Source of the DNA: a bacterium
GTDB taxonomy: Bacteria; Patescibacteriota; Patescibacteriia; Patescibacteriales; UBA12465
DNA length: 64,000 nucleotides
NCBI GenBank assembly: GCA_035400585.1
Contig: DAOMZR010000002.1
Span: 145,121 to 209,120 of the forward strand
Direction of reading: 5' to 3'
Below, in pieces: positions 31,705-41,176 of the stretch. Every line of letters starts with the position of its first letter. Position 1 is the first letter of the stretch. A model generated the notes under the pieces. That model was not told where the DNA came from, searched no databases, and saw only the letters and a program-made list of their open reading frames with translations. The translations under genes and the position numbers were made by a program.

Positions 31705-33081
31705 ATGCAAACCAATCCAACAATATTTAAAGCCTATGATATTAGGGGGGTATATAAAAAAGATTTAGACGAAAAAACAGCCTATAATCTCGGGTTGGCC
31801 TACGTTGAACTTAGAAAAAAAGATCTTAAAAAAAATAACTCTGCGAAAAAACTAAGAATTATAGTTGGCTCAGACATGAGAATTTCATCCCCTTCTTTAA
31901 AAAAACATTTAATTAAGGGGCTTTTAGACGCTGGGGTGGATGTGTCTGATATCGGAACCACATCAACACCAACCTTTTATTTTGCTGTGGCTAATTACAA
32001 ATACGACGGCGGAATAATGGTCAGCGCTTCACACAATCCAAAAGAGTGGAATGGTTTTAAGCTAACCAGGGAAAGAGCAATCCCAATTAGCGGTAACACC
32101 GGCATAGAGTTTCTAAAAGAAAAAATAATTAGTGGAAATTTAATAAAATCTAAAACAAAAGGAAAGCTAAATAAGAAAAAGAATGTTTTAAAAGATCAAA
32201 TTAAACACGACTTAAAACACGGAAATATTAAAAAGATAAAACCTTTAAAAATAGTAGTTGATCCGGCCAATGCAGTTGGTGGTTTGTTTATAAATGAACT
32301 TTTTAAACATTTACCAGGGAAATTGATAAAAATAAATTTTAAGTTAGATGGCAATTTTCCGGCCCACGAAGCGGACCCAATTAAAGAAGAAAATTTAGAA
32401 CAAATAAAAAAAGAAGTTATAAAACAAAAAGCTGACTTAGGGATAACAACCGATGGAGACGGAGATAGAATATTTTTTATAGACAATGAAGGAGAATTGA
32501 TTGATCAATCAATTATTAGAGGTCTTTTGTCTAAATTTTTTCTGAAAGAAAAACCTAAGTCTAAAATTGGTTTTGATGTTCGTCCTGGAAAAATAACCGA
32601 GGATTTAATTTTAGAAAACAATGGAAAGCCAACAAAAACTAGAGTCGGGCACTCTTTAATTAAAGAACAAATGCTTAAAGAAAATATATATTTTTCCGGG
32701 GAATCTTCCGGTCATTTTTTCTTAAACATGCCGATTGGTTGTTTTGAAGTTCCAAATATAGTTATTTTGAAACTTCTACAAGAATTTTCGGCTAGTGACC
32801 AAAAGATTTCTGAACAAGTTAAAATATATAAAAAATATTTTCACTCTGGCGAAATAAACAGGGAGGTAAAAGATAAAGAAAAAGTTTTTAAAGCCCTAGA
32901 AAAAAAATATAAAAATGGTAAAATAAACAAGCTCGATGGACTGAGTGTTTCTTTTAAAGATTTTTGGTTCAACGTCAGGGGGTCAAACACAGAAAATAAA
33001 ATGAGACTAAATTTAGAGGCAGTTAATAGAGAAATAATGGAAAAAAAGAAAAAAGAAGTGTTAAATATAATTGAAAAATAA
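31705..33081 (+). CDS. Phosphomannomutase/phosphoglucomutase (second phosphohexomutase paralog)
   Basis: The 458-aa ORF has AYDIRGVY, VSASHNPKEWNGFK and GITTDGDGDR. Confidence 0.8.
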   Translation: MQTNPTIFKAYDIRGVYKKDLDEKTAYNLGLAYVELRKKDLKKNNSAKKLRIIVGSDMRISSPSLKKHLIKGLLDAGVDVSDIGTTSTPTFYFAVANYKYDGGIMVSASHNPKEWNGFKLTRERAIPISGNTGIEFLKEKIISGNLIKSKTKGKLNKKKNVLKDQIKHDLKHGNIKKIKPLKIVVDPANAVGGLFINELFKHLPGKLIKINFKLDGNFPAHEADPIKEENLEQIKKEVIKQKADLGITTDGDGDRIFFIDNEGELIDQSIIRGLLSKFFLKEKPKSKIGFDVRPGKITEDLILENNGKPTKTRVGHSLIKEQMLKENIYFSGESSGHFFLNMPIGCFEVPNIVILKLLQEFSASDQKISEQVKIYKKYFHSGEINREVKDKEKVFKALEKKYKNGKINKLDGLSVSFKDFWFNVRGSNTENKMRLNLEAVNREIMEKKKKEVLNIIEK

Positions 33082-33121
33082 AAAGTTCAAAAAAATAAAA
33101 GTTCATTAAAAAATAAACGAC

Positions 33122-33385
33122 ATGGAGACTATATATATTTCTTTGGCTCTGGGAGCTATCGGTTGTAGTTCTGGATTTTTAATTTCCTTTTTACTCGAAT
33201 TTTGTCTACCATTAGTTTTTGTTAACTTTCCCAGAAAAAACGACCTAGCATTTACCATTTCTGTGATTGTGGTTATCGCCTCCAGAATAATATTAGGAAG
33301 TGGTTTGGGAATAAAATTTATGTTACTCATAGGTGTTTGCTGCTTTTTGGGATACAACTCACTTTTTTGGTTAACAAAAAAATAA
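33122..33385 (+). CDS. Small hydrophobic protein (about two or three TM helices), hypothetical
   Basis: The 87-aa ORF is followed immediately by a terminator hairpin. An overlapping 83-aa ORF lies on the opposite strand, so which strand is real is uncertain. Confidence 0.3.
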   Translation: METIYISLALGAIGCSSGFLISFLLEFCLPLVFVNFPRKNDLAFTISVIVVIASRIILGSGLGIKFMLLIGVCCFLGYNSLFWLTKK

Positions 33386-33407
33386 ACAGGTCTAGGCCTG
33401 TTTTTTT
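33385..33407 (+). terminator. Rho-independent terminator
   Basis: AACAGG-tctagg-CCTGTT is a 6-bp stem followed by a 7-nt T-run. Confidence 0.45.
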
Positions 33408-33426
33408 ATTTTAAAAACTAATTTTA

Positions 33427-34137
33427 TTAATATTTGCCGAAATCATAATCAATTATCTTTTTTTTCATTGGACCAAAAAACAAAACATATAAGCTTCCAT
33501 ATAAGATTTTAAAAAAAAGTTTCCAACGACCATCTTTCTCAAACCTTCTGGTAGAAAAAAATATTTTGGTTTTTTTGATTAGCCTAAATTTAGAAAATTT
33601 TGCCGCTTGTTCACAATAATGTTGGTCCTCGCCAATAAAAACATAATCTTTAAAGCCACCAATTTTTTTATGAATATCTTTTTTAACAATGATGGCAGCA
33701 CCCAAACCAACAGGCTTTATACATTGAGCCAAAAAAGCAAAAAAATTATAAAAACAATAATAAAACTTATAAAAAAATTTGTTTGATTCAAAATCTAAAT
33801 AAAAAGCAGCTATTCCGAGCTTTCTTTTGTTAAAATCTTCCAAGGTTTTTTTTAAAAAATCTTTATCATAAAATCTCGTATCAGCATCAAAAAACAAGAG
33901 AACATCCCCCTGAGCAATGTCGGCTCCATTGTTTCTTTGAATTGAGGCGTGTCTTTTGTTTTTATCACCCAAAACAACTTTGCAATTATATTTTTGGGCT
34001 ATTTCAACGGTTTTATCTTCTGAGTCGCCATCAGAAATTATGATCTCATAGTCGACGAAAGATTGTTCTTTTATCAAATCAAGTATTTTGCCCAAATATT
34101 TTTCTTCATTTAATGTTGGAATTATTATTGATAACAT
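33427..34137 (-). CDS. Family 2 glycosyltransferase
   Basis: The 236-aa ORF has LSIIIPTLNEEKYLGKIL..YEIIISDGDSEDKT..FFDADTRF, which are GT2 (GT-A fold) motifs. Confidence 0.75.
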   Translation of the reverse strand: MLSIIIPTLNEEKYLGKILDLIKEQSFVDYEIIISDGDSEDKTVEIAQKYNCKVVLGDKNKRHASIQRNNGADIAQGDVLLFFDADTRFYDKDFLKKTLEDFNKRKLGIAAFYLDFESNKFFYKFYYCFYNFFAFLAQCIKPVGLGAAIIVKKDIHKKIGGFKDYVFIGEDQHYCEQAAKFSKFRLIKKTKIFFSTRRFEKDGRWKLFFKILYGSLYVLFFGPMKKKIIDYDFGKY

Positions 34138-34138
34138 A

Positions 34139-35155
34139 TTATTTTATAATTTCCCTGGCCAAGTCTAAATAACTAGAATCATCAGCCACAATATCTCTAA
34201 AATACCACCACTCAACACCCCAAAGATAGGCTCTTCTAAAGCCAGTGTTGGCGGCAAACCTTGCGTTAGCTCTAAACTGCTCAAGACTAAAAGATTCTAA
34301 ATATTCGCGATTATTAACATCTAATATTTTTTCCATAGACAACCATGGCTCAGCCTGTAATTCAACTATAAAAACATTATCTACATTCAGTTTTAATATT
34401 TCAGCTTTTGTTTTATAAAAACCTTCGTTATACGGATATTTGATATATCCCAAAAAAGGATTATGCACAACTCGATACATTGTGGTGCCAAAAACATCGG
34501 CGATATCAGTTTCTCTTGACCACAAGCTCAACTCTCCAGTCGCTGAAATTATAATAGGTTTGGCATCCAGCTTCCTCACCAAATCTACTTCTTTTTTTAA
34601 GAAATCATAATCAGACTTAGGGCAAATACCAAAAGTATTTAAAAGTGGCTCATTTTCGACTTGAAAATAAGATATAGATTCATATTTTTTGAAAGTATTA
34701 ACCACCGACTCAAGCATTGTTGTGGTTTTTTCTTTTAAATATTCTTCATCTAAAATATTTATCCACTCAGGAATATGGCATTCTGGCCAGCGAGGCGTTC
34801 TCATGCCAAAACTCAAAATAAAATCGACATCTCTTTTTTCTCCCTCCTCGATCATAAAAACATAATCACTAAAATCAAAAACGCCTTCTTTTTTTTCTAT
34901 ATCATCCCAATAGACCGGCAATCTAATATATTTTATATCCAAATCATCAAGCATTTTTAAATAAACCGCTTTCCAATCTAACCCCAATTCTTCGGCATAT
35001 TTTTTAGAATAAGTTACCCCAAAAAAATCTGTCGGCAACTCTTCTTGCATATTTTTTGGATAATATTTAGGAAATTTAAGAACGTAAAAAAGAAATAATC
35101 CAAACAACAAGCAAAAAATTACAAAACCAATAATTTTTTTTATAAAAGAAATCAT
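34139..35155 (-). CDS. Membrane-anchored TIM-barrel glycoside-hydrolase-like protein (clan GH-A-like)
   Basis: The 338-aa ORF has an N-terminal TM, then YIRLPVYWDDIEKKEGVFDFS and YFQVENEP. The NEP acid/base motif is typical of GH5/GH42-type enzymes. Family not resolved. Confidence 0.35.
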   Translation of the reverse strand: MISFIKKIIGFVIFCLLFGLFLFYVLKFPKYYPKNMQEELPTDFFGVTYSKKYAEELGLDWKAVYLKMLDDLDIKYIRLPVYWDDIEKKEGVFDFSDYVFMIEEGEKRDVDFILSFGMRTPRWPECHIPEWINILDEEYLKEKTTTMLESVVNTFKKYESISYFQVENEPLLNTFGICPKSDYDFLKKEVDLVRKLDAKPIIISATGELSLWSRETDIADVFGTTMYRVVHNPFLGYIKYPYNEGFYKTKAEILKLNVDNVFIVELQAEPWLSMEKILDVNNREYLESFSLEQFRANARFAANTGFRRAYLWGVEWWYFRDIVADDSSYLDLAREIIK

Positions 35156-36102
35156 ATAGTTATAAAAAATAAACCAAAACCAATAATTAAAATTGCCAAA
35201 ACCTTTTTTAAAATTATACTAGAAGAAACATCTTCTTTTAATATTTTTGGAAAAAATAAAGAAAAAAAGATTCCAATAACTAGCAAGAAAGCATACTGTA
35301 CGCCCTGCAAGGCGTTTATCAATGCCACTGGTCCTAAATAAATTGCGTAATTCTGGATTATAAAAGCGACTGAACCAAGTAATTGATTAAAAATTATAAA
35401 GCCTTTTCCAACTTTAGCTGGGGTTTTTTCTTTTTTCTTAAAACTTTTGAAAATTTCTATTCTGGTTTTTTTATCCACCAGAAACAAAAGAGAAACAAAC
35501 AAACCTCCTAGCCTTATCCAAATGAAAGAGCTAAAAAAACTTTGTTGTTCATATGCATATTTGGTAGTTATAAAAAACAATGAATAAAAGAAAGCAGCCA
35601 TTATTGAAAAAAATAACCACTTTTTAGGGTAAGCTCCTTTAAAAAAAATTTTTAATTTAGCCAAAAAAACAGAAACCTTTTTTTTCTTACTAACTATAAA
35701 GGAAATTATAAAAGTTCCAATTATTAATAACAAAACTCCAAACCATTGATTCTTGCTAAAAGTTTCTTTTAAAAATAGAATTGAAAAAATTATTGTAAAA
35801 ATTGGAACCACCCCACCAATCACAACCACCACCCTTGAAGCCTCTCCATTTTTTAGTGATTCATACATTAGCCAAAGAGCAAAAACAAAAAATGCTCCCG
35901 CCAAAAAATTTACCACTAATAAAAAAACACCTGGCCATTCCAAAAACCAAGGTGCTAATAAAAAAACCAGCGACCCTAAAACACCAATAGTAAAAGCATA
36001 GGCTTTACTGCTTTTTAAAAGCTTATCAACAACAAACTTATCCCCTAAATTAACAACAGCCAACATTAAATAGGAAACAATCGTTAAAATTATCCAATTC
36101 AT
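35152..36102 (-). CDS. Integral membrane protein (about 10 TM; DMT/EamA-like topology)
   Basis: The 316-aa ORF is highly hydrophobic with two five-TM halves. The family call is tentative. Confidence 0.35.
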   Translation of the reverse strand: MNWIILTIVSYLMLAVVNLGDKFVVDKLLKSSKAYAFTIGVLGSLVFLLAPWFLEWPGVFLLVVNFLAGAFFVFALWLMYESLKNGEASRVVVVIGGVVPIFTIIFSILFLKETFSKNQWFGVLLLIIGTFIISFIVSKKKKVSVFLAKLKIFFKGAYPKKWLFFSIMAAFFYSLFFITTKYAYEQQSFFSSFIWIRLGGLFVSLLFLVDKKTRIEIFKSFKKKEKTPAKVGKGFIIFNQLLGSVAFIIQNYAIYLGPVALINALQGVQYAFLLVIGIFFSLFFPKILKEDVSSSIILKKVLAILIIGFGLFFITI

Positions 36103-36107
36103 AATAT

Positions 36108-37448
36108 TTACATTATTCTCGTTTTTTCTATTTCGTTTATTTTTCCGTGGAGAATAATATTTTCTATATTATATGTTCCCATTTTAGGAGCATTTAAAAA
36201 ACCTCTCATAGCAGCCTCTGCTAGCCAGCCAGAATTTAAAAAATCAAACAACCATTCATCTACATATTCTGGATTTTTACTATCAACACCGGCCCCAATT
36301 CCTAAAAGCCAACGACGATTATAATTTTCTTGAGAACCTATTGGCTCTGACATTATAATTGGAAGACCCAACCCAGAATAAAAACTAAGTTCTGATGGTT
36401 TTGTCCAGAGAATATCGGTTGTTCTTAGTGATAGATTAAATTTCTTAAAATATTCCATTTTATCTGGATTATAAATAATTTCTACCATTTCATTGTTGTG
36501 CAGAAATTCTTCTTTTAAAACCTTAGTATAAAAATCATAAACATCTTTTCTCGATCCAGCAACCAAATTTAATTTTATCTTTTTTTCAATAATTTTATTT
36601 TTTAATCTTCTAAGTATTGTCCTGCCAAGATACTTTTGAGCACCGGCACCGCCGACGGCAAATGTTAAGGTTAGTGGTCTGCTTGGTTTTTCTATTTTAC
36701 ATTTTGGACAAAGATAAGCTTCTATCAACTTTTCGTATTTATTTCGATAAGCTAAGAATGGATCTAAAACTGACAATCTTTTTATAAGGTCCTGTTTTAA
36801 AATTTTTTGATCATCTCCAATGTTTTCTTTTGGGAGGGGAAATCCAGTAACATAAATATTTTGCTCTTTAACGCCATAGAGAACAAGTCTTTCCTTAACT
36901 CTTGTGTTCGGTGCTAAATAAAAAACTTTACTGTTTGCTGGGTCAACAGGTGCCCAAGCTCGAGATATGTCAGAATCACAAATAACACAATAAATTTTTC
37001 CTTGATAATTATAATATTCTGCAAAATAAGCAGCCACAAAAAAAGTAGTTAACAGTGGTAATGGTTTTTTATTTAATTCGTTGATTAAGTTTTTTCCAAC
37101 GCCTCTCTTTACCTTTTTTAAAAAATGTTTTTGTTGAAAACTTGTTTCCGACAAATCTCTCCTGGGATAAAACGGATCTATTTTTTGAAAATAATCCATT
37201 ATAGAAAAAACCGCATCGCCAACCACGGGAATGGCTTTAAATTTTGAAACTGCTTCATAATTAATTCTGTCTTTTTCCCAAATTTTTTTTTCTTCTTCAC
37301 TTGCACCCAAATAATTGTTGGCAGTAATAACGCCGCCCTCTGCTAAATCTAAAAACGGATAAGCCGCCCTTTGATGGCCATATCCCATATCAACCGAAAC
37401 CAAATAAAACTTCTTATTACTTTTTGTTTTGCTTTCTTTTTTAATCAT
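36108..37448 (-). CDS. Putative GT-B glycosyltransferase (MGDG-synthase/UgtP, GT28-like)
   Basis: The 446-aa ORF has an N-terminal FYLVSVDMGYGHQRAAYPF (G-x-G-H-x-x-A-A motif of GT28 lipid glycosyltransferases) and a C-terminal ..VTGFPL.. region. Confidence 0.4.
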   Translation of the reverse strand: MIKKESKTKSNKKFYLVSVDMGYGHQRAAYPFLDLAEGGVITANNYLGASEEEKKIWEKDRINYEAVSKFKAIPVVGDAVFSIMDYFQKIDPFYPRRDLSETSFQQKHFLKKVKRGVGKNLINELNKKPLPLLTTFFVAAYFAEYYNYQGKIYCVICDSDISRAWAPVDPANSKVFYLAPNTRVKERLVLYGVKEQNIYVTGFPLPKENIGDDQKILKQDLIKRLSVLDPFLAYRNKYEKLIEAYLCPKCKIEKPSRPLTLTFAVGGAGAQKYLGRTILRRLKNKIIEKKIKLNLVAGSRKDVYDFYTKVLKEEFLHNNEMVEIIYNPDKMEYFKKFNLSLRTTDILWTKPSELSFYSGLGLPIIMSEPIGSQENYNRRWLLGIGAGVDSKNPEYVDEWLFDFLNSGWLAEAAMRGFLNAPKMGTYNIENIILHGKINEIEKTRIM

Positions 37449-37574
37449 TTTTTTAATAAAAGTGTTGATTTTTTATACCTTTTCCACAATTTATTAACTA
37501 AAAAATTTCTGCTAATTTTAGCAAAAATACAACGAATAAACGATTTATGTCCACAAAATAATGGACATTTTTAG

Positions 37575-37648
<74 letters not shown>

Positions 37649-37650
37649 AA

Positions 37651-37690
37651 AAAAGCCGTCTATTTAAAAACGGCTTTTTTAAGAAAAAAA
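37651..37690. terminator. Bidirectional terminator hairpin
   Basis: The sequence is aaaaaaGCCGTCtatttaaaaaCGGCtttttt. Confidence 0.45.
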
Positions 37691-37910
37691 TTATTTTTCC
37701 ATTGCAACTCTTATAATATAAGAGATTGTGTTCCAACAAATCGCAAAGGCGATTAAAAAGCCCAAAACGAAACCGGTAACCAAAGAAGCGAAGTCCTTAC
37801 CGATTTTAATTTCTTTTTTGTCATTCATAAAAATTAAAATTAATTTTTATTATTTTTAAATATTCTTAACAATTAAATTATAACTTATTTAGGTCAACTT
37901 AGCAATACTT

Positions 37911-39035
37911 TTACTGTCTTATTGGCATGACAATATACAAGAATTTTTCATCTTCTTTTGTTTGTATCTTACAGGGGGTGTTTTGATCAAGAAAAGAAAA
38001 CAAAATATCTTTTCCGAAAACATTATTTAAACCCTCCAAAAGATATTTATAGTTTATAAACAATTCTACCTCCTCCCCTTTTGTTTTACAGTCTATTTCA
38101 ATAAAATTTTCCCCCACCTGTGAAGAGTTTGAAAAAATAATTAATTTATCCTTTTTAACAGAAAGACCAACGTCATTTATTCCTGTTTTAGAAAAAAGCC
38201 CCGCCGTCTTTATAGCCCTAGTTATTTCGGTTTTGTCTACTAACAACTCGGTTTTTTTATTACTAGGGATTATTTGCTTATAATCAGGATAACTGCCAAC
38301 TATCAACCTAGAAACTAAAAGAGAAGATCCAAAAGAAAAGGAAATTTGATTGTCGTTAAAGCAGATTTTAATGCTATCCATATTTTCTATTTGTTCATCT
38401 TCTTTAAAATTATTTAAAATTCTTACAACCTCCTGTATTGTTTTTATCGGGACTATTATTTTTTTTCCATTTAAATCTTTGTCTGATTTAAAATCAATTT
38501 TTCTTTCAGCTAAGCGATAGCTATCCGTTCCAACCAAAAAAAGATCTTTATCAACAAAAGAAAAAAAGATGCCAGATATTTCTGGTCTACCCTCGCCAGA
38601 AGAAACGGCAAAAGAAACGCTCCCAATGTTTTTTTTAAAATCACTTGTTTTAACAAAAAAACAAGATTCATTTTCAATGGTTGGTATAAGCGGAAAATCA
38701 ACGCTTGTTTGTGTATTTATTTTTGTTCTATAGTTTTTACACTTTATTTTTAACTCATCATTTACTGTTTCTATTTCTATTTTTTCTTCTGGAAGCAAAG
38801 AAACATATTCATTTATTATTCTAGAATCAACGGTAAATTCACCCTCTTCTTCGACTTTTGATCTTAAAAAGTGAACTATACTAATTTCTAAATTAGTTGA
38901 GACCAACTCCAAGCCCTCTTTTTTAGCTCTAAACAAAATATTATTTAAAATTGGCAAATTAATATTTTTAGTTGTGAGGTGTCCAACTATGTTTAATCCT
39001 TGTTTTAAATTTTCTTTTAGACTAATTAGTCTCAT
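37911..39035 (-). CDS. dnaN: DNA polymerase III beta sliding clamp
   Basis: The 374-aa ORF starts MRLISLKENLKQGLNIVGHLTTKNINLPILNNILF, has a three-domain length, and sits immediately downstream of dnaA. Confidence 0.85.
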   Translation of the reverse strand: MRLISLKENLKQGLNIVGHLTTKNINLPILNNILFRAKKEGLELVSTNLEISIVHFLRSKVEEEGEFTVDSRIINEYVSLLPEEKIEIETVNDELKIKCKNYRTKINTQTSVDFPLIPTIENESCFFVKTSDFKKNIGSVSFAVSSGEGRPEISGIFFSFVDKDLFLVGTDSYRLAERKIDFKSDKDLNGKKIIVPIKTIQEVVRILNNFKEDEQIENMDSIKICFNDNQISFSFGSSLLVSRLIVGSYPDYKQIIPSNKKTELLVDKTEITRAIKTAGLFSKTGINDVGLSVKKDKLIIFSNSSQVGENFIEIDCKTKGEEVELFINYKYLLEGLNNVFGKDILFSFLDQNTPCKIQTKEDEKFLYIVMPIRQ

Positions 39036-39330
39036 ATTTTTTATAAATTTAATATATATAAATTAATAACTATAATAAGGATTGTTGATAACTTTTATAA
39101 TTGGTTTTTTTCTATTTTTTTGTTGGTGTTTTTTTAAATTTTGCCTGTTAACTTTCTTGTTAATTTTTTCTGATTGAAGTATGATTTTTTGTTGATAAAA
39201 TATTTTTTATTTTTTTTATTAACATCTTTTAATTTTTTATTAATAGTTTTTACACAAAATATTTTTTATTTTTCAACCACCGATTAACAGTTTATTAATT
39301 TCTTTTTACTCTTTATTAACAAGTTGTTCG
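39036..39330. promoter_or_regulatory. AT-rich dnaA-dnaN intergenic region with DnaA-box-like motifs (candidate oriC part or DnaA-regulated promoter)
   Basis: TGTTGATAA (the reverse complement TTATCAACA has one mismatch to TTATCCACA) occurs at about 39084 and 39207. There are also multiple TTATTAACA/TGTTAAC-like repeats. Confidence 0.45.
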
Positions 39331-40791
39331 TTATAATGATCCGTATAAAAGTTGTTTAATAGATATAATTTCCTGATTTAGTTTTTCGTTTTCTTCTTTT
39401 TCTTTGTTTATTTTGTTATAGGAGTGTATGGCGGTTGTATGGTCTCTTCCTCCGAGTTCTTCTCCTATTGTTGGGTAAGAGGTGTTTAGCTCCTCTCTCA
39501 TTAAGAAAATGGCAACCTGCCTTGGCAAAACCAATTCCTTTTTTCTTTTTTCTCCGAGAAGATCTTTATTGCTGATATTATAATATTGGCAAACAACCTC
39601 TATTATGTCTTTTGGTATAATGGGTTTTATTTGGTTATTGTTGGTTAGGTCGTTTAAAATGTTTTTAACCGTTCTGATATTTGGGCTAATATTGTGAAAT
39701 TCGTGATAGGCAATTACCTTGTTTAGGGCCCCCTCTAGTTCTCTTATATTATTTTGAATGCTGTTAGAAATATATTTTAATATTTCTTCCTCTAATATAT
39801 AATTTCTTTCTCTGGCTTTCTTTTCTAAAATTGCTATTTTAGTTTCAATGTCGGGTTTTCCTATGTCGGCCACCATTCCTGATTCAAAGCGAGAAATTAA
39901 CCTCTTTTCAATGGCTGGTATGGCCTTTGGGGGCCTGTCAGAAGAAAGAATAATTTGTTTGTCTCCTTGTTGTAATTGATTAAAGGTATGAAAAAACTCT
40001 TCTTGGGTTCCGTCTTTTCCACCCATAAACTGAACATCGTCTACTAAAAGCAAATCAACGTTACGATAAAGATTTTTGAATTCTTTTGCTCGGCCACTTT
40101 TAATGGAATCAATATAGTTGTTGGTAAATTGTTCACTGGTAGTATATAAAACCTTTTTGCTCATTTTAATAAATTCGTTTCCTACTGCTTGCAGTAAATG
40201 AGTTTTTCCGAGACCAACACCACCATATATAAATAATGGGTTATAAGATTTTCCTGGATTTTTTATAATTGCCTGGCAAGCAGCACAAGCCAACTCGTTG
40301 GCCTTGCCGATAATAAAGCTAGTAAAAGAGTATTTAGGATTAAGGCCAGAGTTGCCTAAATTAATTTTTTGTTCGTGATTTTCCTTGGTTGTTTCTTTTT
40401 CGGTTGGTTCTTTTGTTTTTTCAACTTCGTTTTTATTTTCCCCATGATCATTTTTTTGTTCTTTTGATGAAGATTCTTTTTTTTCTAAGTTTATTTTATA
40501 AACAATTTCTTTTATTTTTTTTTCGGTTATTTTTTCTAAAGAAGATTTTATAGCTTTATAATATTTTTGCTCCAACCATCTTTTGGCAAAATCGTTGGGA
40601 ACCGAGATGGTTACAATTTCTTCTTCTATACTATATATAAAAGTGTTTTTGAACCAGGTAATAAAGTTTGCTCTAGATATTCCTATTTCTAGTTCGCCAA
40701 GAACGGCTTGCCAAATTTGATCGTTGGTCATAGTTCTTTTTTTAAGTCTAAAAATTATTTTCATTATAGTAAAAAAAACGACTTTGAACAA
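39331..40791 (-). CDS. dnaA: Chromosomal replication initiator protein DnaA
   Basis: The 486-aa ORF has an AAA+ Walker A (GGVGLGKTHLLQAVGNE), a box VII region, and the C-terminal DNA-binding signature ..GGRDHTTAIHSYNKI. Confidence 0.9.
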   Translation of the reverse strand: MFKVVFFTIMKIIFRLKKRTMTNDQIWQAVLGELEIGISRANFITWFKNTFIYSIEEEIVTISVPNDFAKRWLEQKYYKAIKSSLEKITEKKIKEIVYKINLEKKESSSKEQKNDHGENKNEVEKTKEPTEKETTKENHEQKINLGNSGLNPKYSFTSFIIGKANELACAACQAIIKNPGKSYNPLFIYGGVGLGKTHLLQAVGNEFIKMSKKVLYTTSEQFTNNYIDSIKSGRAKEFKNLYRNVDLLLVDDVQFMGGKDGTQEEFFHTFNQLQQGDKQIILSSDRPPKAIPAIEKRLISRFESGMVADIGKPDIETKIAILEKKARERNYILEEEILKYISNSIQNNIRELEGALNKVIAYHEFHNISPNIRTVKNILNDLTNNNQIKPIIPKDIIEVVCQYYNISNKDLLGEKRKKELVLPRQVAIFLMREELNTSYPTIGEELGGRDHTTAIHSYNKINKEKEENEKLNQEIISIKQLLYGSL

Positions 40792-41176
40792 TTACTTTTT
40801 TTGTTTAGCAATTGTTTATAAGATGTGAATAAGTTTTTTTTGTTTTTATGAGGGGTTTAAAAATTTTTATAAAATAAGTTTATATTTTTTTAAAATTATT
40901 TTTTAGTTTTTCTTTTTTGTTATAATAAAAACATAAAGATAAAAAGCTCTATTTTTATATAATGTGTATTAATGAATTTTTGGTTAGAGCTTTTTGGAAA
41001 ATATTTAAAATAAGCAGATAAATGATTTTGAACAACTGATATAAAAATTTAAATAAATTTACTTTAGTCGTGTGGTGAAATAGCGGCAATTTAAGTGAGC
41101 CAATGGTTTTTTCGTTTGCTTTACAATAAGATAAAGTTTACTTGACAATAGTATAATTTTACTTTACAATATAAAT
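40792..41176. promoter_or_regulatory. AT-rich region upstream of dnaA, candidate oriC / dnaA promoter
   Basis: The 385-bp intergenic region is less than 20% GC. TGTGAATAA at 40824..40832 has one mismatch to a DnaA box. Gene-strand polarity switches here. Confidence 0.4.

Noticed and set aside
33106-33357. 83-aa minus-strand ORF overlapping the plus-strand 87-aa ORF
   Set aside because: The plus-strand alternative has membrane-protein-like composition and is followed by a terminator. Only one can be real, and the minus ORF was not retained.
41142-41170. Sigma-70 promoter for the 41177 gene (TTGACA at 41142-47 with TATAAT at 41152-57 or TACAAT at 41165-70)
   Set aside because: The spacer is either 4 bp (too short) or places the -10 only 6 nt from the ATG, implying a leaderless transcript. 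This is too uncertain to list as a feature.
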